From Erysipelotrichaceae bacterium MTC7 (lineage in GTDB: Bacteria > Bacillota_I > Bacilli_A > Erysipelotrichales > Erysipelotrichaceae), in the NCBI GenBank assembly GCA_001695645.1, contig LVZN01000009.1, positions 1-32,000 on the forward strand: a DNA stretch of 32,000 nt. Reading direction: 5' to 3'. Shown here in pieces: positions 25,623 to 32,000 of this stretch. Positions within the stretch are counted from its first letter, which is position 1; the number at the start of each line of letters is the position of its first letter. The translations under genes and the position numbers were made by a program. The notes beneath the pieces are model-generated. The model was not told the DNA's origin, ran no database searches, and was given only the letters and a program-made list of their open reading frames with translations.

Positions 25623-27542
25623 TTATACACGATTTAATATTTGTTTTAAATCAGATAATGATGAACATTCTTTAAGTTGTTTTGAATCTTCATCATTTGA
25701 TGCTATTCTCATGATTTTCCGAAAGAGAAAGTTATAATTGCTACTATCAGAATCGTTCGCAGCAACTAAGATTATTATTTTGGCTTCTTCATCGTCCCAT
25801 TGTATGCTTTTTGAAAGATTAACTACAACAATAGTTGATTGTCTTACAAAATCTTTTGCTCCGTGGGGCAGTGCGATTCCTCTTGCTATATATGTACTAC
25901 TGATTTCTGTTCGCGATATAACAGATTCATAAAAGCCCTTTCTCACATAATTGTTATTGTATAGATATTCGCAGTATTTTTGTAGGAATTCATACTTATC
26001 ACGTATTTTATCATTGAAAAACAATAGATAGTTATTATATATTTCATTGATGTTATTAGAGGCTAATGATGATTTAGAAAGTAGAAAATGACTTATTTTT
26101 TTATAGTCTTCACTAGTAAAGTTTGTATTAATATTTACACTGTTTTTCGCATTTATAATATTTGTTGAACTATTCAATATTAATCCATAATTATTTGGGT
26201 TTAGTAAATTGATTGTGTTTTCTCGGTATATCTCAGATATATGTATTTCTTTAAAATAAGACTCGATTATATTTTTCAAAAAAATCTCAAATGATAATCC
26301 TTCATTACATATGAGCGCTGTTTTGAGTTTCTTTATATTAGAAGGCCTATTGATTGCGGCGACGATGTGTAAGCAAATATACCCAATTTCATTGGAATCA
26401 AAATACACATTTTCAATAATTTCTAAATCCTCAATTGTAGTAATAACCGCCATATATACTTCTGTGTAATTTATTCTTATTTGCTCAAGTAATGGGTTTT
26501 CGTTTGTCATGCCGTGTTTCATTCGATTAATAGCTGGCTTTAAGTGGCTCATTAATGTTTGTTTTAATTCAAAATCATTTGAAAGTTCAACATTCAATCT
26601 CATGCTTAAAAGGTTAATGAATTTTTCCAACATGCCATATTCTTGAATAGAATTAGTGAAATTCACTTGTTTTCTAGTTCCAATCAATAAAACTGCAATA
26701 TAGTCAATTTCTGATTTTGCTAAAGCAATGTCAAACTCTTTTTCGATATAGTTTTTAATAATTGTTGAGTAGTAATATTCTTGAGTGTTTTTTATATTAT
26801 AAAATTCTTCATTACTTATAGTATAGCCTAAATATATCCGTACGATTATTATAGCAAACTGTACACTTAAAAAGTTATAATCTTCATCACAAAAATTAGT
26901 GTTAATAATTTTTTCGCTTATTTGCATAATATCTACAATTTTTGCAGTTTCTGTTTCAAGCATAAGTGAAGACAATATACTAACAGTTTTCTTTGTTAGT
27001 CTAGGGTATGTAGATACTGAAAGTTTTGTTTCATAGTTACTAAACGAAGTTAGAAAACTATGAAATAGTTTCCTAACTTGAGATTCTTTTCCCAAAATTC
27101 GAATTCTATTTTTTTCATCACGAACCTTACATTCATATTTGTTTGCGAAATCAAAAACTTCATCTAACAAATGATTAATGGTTATTTGTGGTAGATTCGT
27201 TTTCTCAGATAGTTTGGCTTGACTATAAGTTTTATTTGTAGTTAATAGAAGACTCATTATTTTATAAAAGTCATTTTCTAATCCAGTATAGAAACTAAAT
27301 GATTTTTCTTTTAGTTTAGATCGTATGTGTTGCTTAGTTAAAGTGTTAGCTTCAAGAAGAATACCTCTATTGGTAATTTTTTTAATATAGCCAGGGTATA
27401 TAATTGCATTTAATTCTTTGGAGTCGAGATAGTTGTGAATTGTTCTTGATGATACACCGATTTTCTCTGATAGATTTTTTATTGTTGTAAATTCAGTTTC
27501 ATCTAATAATAATTCAATTAGAATTGAAATATTTTTCTTCAT
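25623..27542 (-). CDS. PRD-domain transcriptional activator, MtlR/LicR/ManR type (HTH - PRD - PRD - EIIB-like - EIIA-Fru-like)
   Basis: 639 aa. The N-terminal HTH is TTIKNLSEKIGVSSRTIHNYL. The EIIB-like segment KKLKTALICNEGLSF has a Cys, and the C-terminal EIIA-type segment is ARGIALPHGAK. It is divergent from the GH38 operon. Confidence 0.8.
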   Translation of the reverse strand: MKKNISILIELLLDETEFTTIKNLSEKIGVSSRTIHNYLDSKELNAIIYPGYIKKITNRGILLEANTLTKQHIRSKLKEKSFSFYTGLENDFYKIMSLLLTTNKTYSQAKLSEKTNLPQITINHLLDEVFDFANKYECKVRDEKNRIRILGKESQVRKLFHSFLTSFSNYETKLSVSTYPRLTKKTVSILSSLMLETETAKIVDIMQISEKIINTNFCDEDYNFLSVQFAIIIVRIYLGYTISNEEFYNIKNTQEYYYSTIIKNYIEKEFDIALAKSEIDYIAVLLIGTRKQVNFTNSIQEYGMLEKFINLLSMRLNVELSNDFELKQTLMSHLKPAINRMKHGMTNENPLLEQIRINYTEVYMAVITTIEDLEIIENVYFDSNEIGYICLHIVAAINRPSNIKKLKTALICNEGLSFEIFLKNIIESYFKEIHISEIYRENTINLLNPNNYGLILNSSTNIINAKNSVNINTNFTSEDYKKISHFLLSKSSLASNNINEIYNNYLLFFNDKIRDKYEFLQKYCEYLYNNNYVRKGFYESVISRTEISSTYIARGIALPHGAKDFVRQSTIVVVNLSKSIQWDDEEAKIIILVAANDSDSSNYNFLFRKIMRIASNDEDSKQLKECSSLSDLKQILNRV

Positions 27543-27600
27543 TTTATCCTCCGTAAGTTCTAAATCAATTATAACAAAAATATTAGATAATTATTTCATG

Positions 27601-27637
27601 ATTAATTGCAACATTTTAACCTATTGTTGCAATTAAT
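27601..27637. promoter_or_regulatory. Perfect 13-bp inverted repeat with 11-nt spacer (candidate activator site)
   Basis: ATTAATTGCAACA-ttttaacctat-TGTTGCAATTAAT is centred about 60 nt upstream of the predicted -10 box of the GH38 operon. Confidence 0.6.
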
Positions 27638-27653
27638 TAAGTGATTTAAGAGT

Positions 27654-27682
27654 TTATTGTTGAAATAATGCGGTGTTATTAT
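27654..27682 (+). promoter_or_regulatory. Predicted GH38/PTS operon promoter (extended -10, weak -35)
   Basis: TTATTG (27654..27659), a 17-nt spacer, then TGtTATTAT with TATTAT at 27677..27682. The RBS AAGAGGAGG lies at 27693..27701. Confidence 0.45.
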
Positions 27683-27708
27683 TTGCTTAGATAAGAGGAG
27701 GTATAAAA

Positions 27709-30387
27709 ATGAAGAAGATTGCGCATTGTATACATCATACACATTGGGATCTTATTTGGTATTTTACTGCACAAGATGCAGCGGTTCAGTTTAGTTATAA
27801 TATGAAAGAAATTCTTCGTGGTTTCCACCAAGGGAGAATTGACAGTTTTTTTATGGATGGACAAACAGCACCTATTGATGAGTATTTATCTTTACATCCG
27901 GAAGATTATAGTTATATGAAAGAATTGGTTTCGGATGGTAGACTTGTTATTGGACCATTTAATTCTCAACTTGATTGTTTTATTTCAAGTGGAGAATCAG
28001 TAATTAATAACTTACGCCTAGGAATAAAAACATCAAAAAAGTTAGGTAAGGTTTCAAAGGTAGCATATTTACCCGATTCATTTGGACATTCATATGACTT
28101 TCCAAAAATTTTCAATAAATTTGGAATTGAGAACTTTGTAATAACTAGAGGTGTCGGTGATGAGTATGGATTAGACAGTGAGTTTTATATGTCATCAAAT
28201 GATGGAAGCAAACTACTTGTCTATGTTATGATTGCCGGATATGGATATGGATGTTATGGATTTAAAAGTGGACATCTATTTGAAGAAGAAGCATTGGATT
28301 ACAATAAAATAAGTGTATCTACATTAATTGAAAGATTATTAAAATATACCACGGTTAAAGATGAATTTGTTTTTCCTTTAGGTTTTGATCAAAATCCAGC
28401 GATTCTAGATATTGATAATATGATTTCCAAATATAACGATGAACAGAATGAATATGAATTTAAATCAACAACCTGGGAAAAATATCTTGGGCATGTAAGA
28501 AAATGTGGGAAAAATTTAAAAACTCATAATGGTGAACTCTATTCAACTCAATATCATAGAATTCATAGAACGATGTTTTCTGCACGTGCCGATATTAAAG
28601 CGATGCAGGATAAATGTGAACGTATTTTAACTTATGAATTACAACCATTGATGGTAATGCTTGATTCATTAGGTATCATGTATGATCATGGTATTTTAGA
28701 TAAAGCATGGGATACACTTATAAAGTGTCAAACACATTCGTCTGCGACATTAACTGACGAAACTAATGATTATATTGAAAGAGAAACAACTAACGCGCTG
28801 AATCTAGTGACTTCACTAAAAACGTTCCTGATGAAATTAGTTTCAATATCACTTGATTTAAGTACAGAGACAAAGTACCCAATTACTATTTACAATACTT
28901 TGCCTATTAAGAGAAAAATGGTTTTTGAAGCAAAGGTTCTTACAAAGACAAAAAACTTTGAAATCTTTCACAAGGGAGAAACAGTCCCTTTTACTGTAAA
29001 GCAGTCCATTAGAAAAAACTGTGGTGTGCTTAGAAAAGATAAAGAGTTAATTAATCATGAAAAGTTTTATTTTGAAACAGATATTGTTATTGAGACAACA
29101 GAGTTTAATGGAATATCATACAAAACATATGATGTGATTGAAAAAGAAAATGCAAGAATGTCATATTTATCAGATGATAAGTTCTACATTGAAAACGAGT
29201 TTTATAAGATATATCAATCAGAAGACGGTATTTCGATATATGATAAAGTGCAAAATAAATTAAATACTAAGGCATTTTATATCGAAGAATCAGGAGATGA
29301 AGGAGATAGTTTTGATTACTCATATCCAAAAAATGATATGTTTAATTATAACTACCTGGAATATAGTAACGTTTCATATAAGTCTTCGAGAGAATTACAG
29401 CAAATGGTTCTTACTGGAAGTTTGATGGTGCCATCAAACCTCGAAATGCGTACTAGAAAAATTAATGATTCCGAACTTGGATACAGAATTGAAGTTTCTT
29501 TGAAAAAGAATAGCTCAATTATAGAAATTAAAGGTTACTTTGATAATGCAGCTGAGCAGCACAGGGTTCGTCTAGTTTTTCATGGTAACGATAAAAACAC
29601 TTCATCAATTGCTGGTACACAATTTAGTTTTATTAAGAGAAACGTTTATCAAAAAGAAATGAAGACATGGAGGGAAGATAATTGGTTTGAAGAACCAAGT
29701 GCCAATTATCCATTGCTAAATCATGTATCGATAAAAAATGACAAAGATAGTATGTTAACATTATTTACTAGAAGTAGCAAAGAATATGAGTTGATTGGTG
29801 ATGGATATTCTGATTTGGCTATCACAATTTTTAGATCTTATGGTGCGATGGGATATCCAGATTTAAATCGACGACCTGGCCGTCCAAGTGGACTAGACTA
29901 TATGGTTTTTGATTCGCCCAAATGTCAAATGAAAAAGCGAAACAATTTTGACTTGAGTTTAAAATACTACAATTCATTTGATTCTAATTTAGTATTTAAT
30001 GATTATATGATAACTGCGACAGAAACACCGTATTATCAAAAGCAAGATTTTGATAAGTCAATTAATCCAATTGCATATTTTCCAACAAATCCCTTAGACT
30101 ACAAACTACCTACTGATTATGACTACTTATTGATTGACAATTTAAAAAGTTGTTTTGGTAGTCTCGTGAAATCTGACAGTGATAATGGATATCTCTTGCG
30201 AATGTTTAATGCTGCGACAGAGAAACTGATTGGTGGTGAATTATGCATACACAATTCAGGAGAAATTAAACTATGTGAGACTGATCTTATTGAACAAAAT
30301 GAAAACGAATTAAATGAAATGATTAGATTTGATTCGGGAGAACTGAAAATAATAAAAATAAAGAAAAGTGAGGAAAAAGAATTATGA
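27709..30387 (+). CDS. GH38 alpha-mannosidase (MngB-like, cytoplasmic, acts on a PTS-phosphorylated mannoside)
   Basis: 892 aa. The N-terminus reads CIHHTHWDLIWYF, the GH38 metal-binding HxHxD region, and is followed by AYLPDSFGH. The size and the link to a Fru-family PTS match the mannosylglycerate-type locus. Confidence 0.8.
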   Translation: MKKIAHCIHHTHWDLIWYFTAQDAAVQFSYNMKEILRGFHQGRIDSFFMDGQTAPIDEYLSLHPEDYSYMKELVSDGRLVIGPFNSQLDCFISSGESVINNLRLGIKTSKKLGKVSKVAYLPDSFGHSYDFPKIFNKFGIENFVITRGVGDEYGLDSEFYMSSNDGSKLLVYVMIAGYGYGCYGFKSGHLFEEEALDYNKISVSTLIERLLKYTTVKDEFVFPLGFDQNPAILDIDNMISKYNDEQNEYEFKSTTWEKYLGHVRKCGKNLKTHNGELYSTQYHRIHRTMFSARADIKAMQDKCERILTYELQPLMVMLDSLGIMYDHGILDKAWDTLIKCQTHSSATLTDETNDYIERETTNALNLVTSLKTFLMKLVSISLDLSTETKYPITIYNTLPIKRKMVFEAKVLTKTKNFEIFHKGETVPFTVKQSIRKNCGVLRKDKELINHEKFYFETDIVIETTEFNGISYKTYDVIEKENARMSYLSDDKFYIENEFYKIYQSEDGISIYDKVQNKLNTKAFYIEESGDEGDSFDYSYPKNDMFNYNYLEYSNVSYKSSRELQQMVLTGSLMVPSNLEMRTRKINDSELGYRIEVSLKKNSSIIEIKGYFDNAAEQHRVRLVFHGNDKNTSSIAGTQFSFIKRNVYQKEMKTWREDNWFEEPSANYPLLNHVSIKNDKDSMLTLFTRSSKEYELIGDGYSDLAITIFRSYGAMGYPDLNRRPGRPSGLDYMVFDSPKCQMKKRNNFDLSLKYYNSFDSNLVFNDYMITATETPYYQKQDFDKSINPIAYFPTNPLDYKLPTDYDYLLIDNLKSCFGSLVKSDSDNGYLLRMFNAATEKLIGGELCIHNSGEIKLCETDLIEQNENELNEMIRFDSGELKIIKIKKSEEKEL

Positions 30388-30701
30388 AAAAAATTATTGC
30401 TGTATGTGCTTGCCCTGCTGGTATTGCACATACATATATGGCAGCAGAGAATCTAGAAAACTATGCCAAGAAAAATGGATATGATATTAAAGTTGAGACA
30501 AATGGCTCAAGTGGTGTAGAAAACAGATTAAACGAAAATGATATTACTGCGGCAGATTATGTGATTATTGCCGCAGACACAAAAGTTGAAATGGAACGGT
30601 TTAAGGGAAAACTATTACTTGAAACATCTGTTTCTACTGCTGTGCGAAAAGTCGATGATATTTTTAAAAAAATAGAAAATAATGAACTGAAAGAGTACTA
30701 G
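30384..30701 (+). CDS. PTS EIIB component, fructose type
   Basis: MKKIIAVCACPAGIAHTYMAAE. It shares an ATGA overlap with the GH38 gene. Confidence 0.9.
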   Translation: MKKIIAVCACPAGIAHTYMAAENLENYAKKNGYDIKVETNGSSGVENRLNENDITAADYVIIAADTKVEMERFKGKLLLETSVSTAVRKVDDIFKKIENNELKEY

Positions 30702-30712
30702 GAGAGAATAAT

Positions 30713-31762
30713 ATGAAATTTGATACGAAAAAGTTTTATAATCATTTAATGTCAGGTGTTTCTTACTTTCTGCCTTTTGTAATTGCAGGAGGAATCATGA
30801 TGGCGTTTGCTTATTTGTTAGATGCTGGAAATGCAAGCTCTGCTACATTTGGTTCATCAACTGCAATCTCTGCATGGTTACTTGAGATTGGCGGAATCGC
30901 AATGAGTTTTATGTTTCCTATGCTTGCTGCATACATTTCATACTCAATTGCTGATCGTCCAGGTATTTTACCAGGTATGGTAGCTGGTGTTATGGCTAGA
31001 GATGGTGGGTCTGGATTTCTTGGGGCAATTGCTGCTGGGTTTATAAGTGGGTATATCATTTTTGGGCTTAAGTATGGAACGAAAAAAATGCCTCGTTCAT
31101 TAGAAGGAATAAAAACCTTATTAATTTTTCCTCTTTTAGGTCTATCGTTAGCTGCATTATCGATGCTAGTAGTGAATGCGCTTGTTGAACCAATTAACTC
31201 TGGTCTAACTGGATTTCTATCTTCAATGAGTGGTACTAATGCAGTACTTCTTGGTGCAATAATTGGTGTTATGGTTGCTGTAGATTTAGGAGGGCCAATT
31301 AATAAAACAGCATACTTCTTTTCCGTAGCTACATTAACTGCGGCAGACGGCTCTCCTATACCAAGTGTAGTTATGGCGGCTTGTGGATGCAGTGCAATGG
31401 TTGTAAGTACAAGTTGTGCTGTTGCGGCAACGTTATTTCCAAAAAAATTCAGTGAAAATTTAAGAGGTGCAAAAGTTGGAGCATATGTTATGGGATTAAG
31501 TTTCTTTGTTGAAGGTGCAATACCGTACGTGATGGAAAAACCTAAACAAGTACTTCCTTCAATTTGTATAGGTGCTGGAGTAACTGGAGCTTTAGTTTCA
31601 CTTTTTGGAGTTACACTCGCAGCTCCGATAGGTGGGTTGGAAACCCTTCCATTGGTTAGTAATATTCCTTTATATCTATTTTCTTTTGCAGTAGGGACGC
31701 TAGTCGCTGTAGTTATTATGTTCTTGTTAATGAAAAACGAAAAAAACATAGAAATAGAGTAA
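30713..31762 (+). CDS. PTS EIIC component, fructose family
   Basis: 349-aa polytopic protein with the VDLGGPINKTAY motif. It is a paralogue of 14318..15358. Confidence 0.9.
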   Translation: MKFDTKKFYNHLMSGVSYFLPFVIAGGIMMAFAYLLDAGNASSATFGSSTAISAWLLEIGGIAMSFMFPMLAAYISYSIADRPGILPGMVAGVMARDGGSGFLGAIAAGFISGYIIFGLKYGTKKMPRSLEGIKTLLIFPLLGLSLAALSMLVVNALVEPINSGLTGFLSSMSGTNAVLLGAIIGVMVAVDLGGPINKTAYFFSVATLTAADGSPIPSVVMAACGCSAMVVSTSCAVAATLFPKKFSENLRGAKVGAYVMGLSFFVEGAIPYVMEKPKQVLPSICIGAGVTGALVSLFGVTLAAPIGGLETLPLVSNIPLYLFSFAVGTLVAVVIMFLLMKNEKNIEIE

Positions 31763-31775
31763 TTAGGTGATTTCG

Positions 31776-32000
31776 GTGAAACTGATAGATGAAAAACTCA
31801 TTAAAGTAAATATAGAGTTAAATAATAAAAAAGAAGTAATTAAAGAATTCTCAAATTTACTCTCTATAAACGATAGGATTTCTAATAAAGAGTTATTTGA
31901 AAAGGATGTAATTGAAAGAGAATCTGAATTGTCAACAAGTATGGGCTATGGAATTGCAATTCCTCATACACAATCAGAGAGTGTATCAGAGACTTCACTT
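31776..32000 (+). CDS. PTS EIIA component, fructose/mannitol type (5' part only, truncated by window end)
   Basis: A GTG start at 31776 follows TAGGTGA. The frame is open to the window edge and reads ...ERESELSTSMGYGIAIPHTQSESV, which includes the active-site His. Confidence 0.75.
   Translation, partial: MKLIDEKLIKVNIELNNKKEVIKEFSNLLSINDRISNKELFEKDVIERESELSTSMGYGIAIPHTQSESVSETSL

Noticed and set aside
30811-31749. 312-aa ORF on the minus strand, the longest non-annotated ORF in the track
   Set aside because: It lies entirely antisense to the Fru-family EIIC gene. It has no RBS and a low-complexity Ala/Pro/Ile/Thr-rich translation typical of the mirror frame of a membrane-protein gene. The sense-strand gene has clear family motifs.

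Overview
AT-rich Bacillota-type chromosome segment (gene content suggests a gut Firmicute, possibly Erysipelotrichia; this is a low-confidence guess). It is dominated by four PTS sugar-utilisation modules, each next to its own regulator from a different family. (1) Mga/PRD-like regulator (divergent), then Glc-family EIICB, an adenylosuccinate-lyase-superfamily enzyme, EIIA-Glc, a NagA-like amidohydrolase and an esterase. (2) AraC regulator (divergent), then a GH1 6-phospho-beta-glucosidase, split Fru-family EIIA/EIIB/EIIC, a ROK kinase and a second esterase copy. (3) GntR/HutC regulator (divergent), then two tandem SIS (UPF0309-like) proteins and Man-family EIIC/EIID, with no EIIA/EIIB. (4) PRD-containing MtlR/LicR-type activator (divergent), then a GH38 alpha-mannosidase and split Fru-family EIIB/EIIC/EIIA, truncated by the window end. 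Other content is a lipoprotein, an orphan SdpR/SdpI-like pair, a Cof-type HAD phosphatase, an Old Yellow Enzyme flavoreductase, a membrane metallophosphoesterase and a Sau3AI-like (GATC) restriction endonuclease with a divergent C5-cytosine methyltransferase. The notable non-genic structure comprises: a roughly 750-bp direct repeat at about 94% identity (terminator, leader and esterase gene) bracketing a 7.2-kb cassette; a three-operator GntR regulon in which the operator fills the 17-bp spacer of both divergent promoters; a perfect cre box; an 18-bp palindrome and a GATC site inside overlapping R-M promoters; and a 13-bp perfect inverted repeat upstream of the GH38 operon. I saw no rRNA, tRNA, CRISPR array, transposase or integrase. 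The best candidate for undescribed biology is the Glc-PTS/lyase/amidohydrolase operon. All functional calls come from motif recognition by eye, not from database searches.
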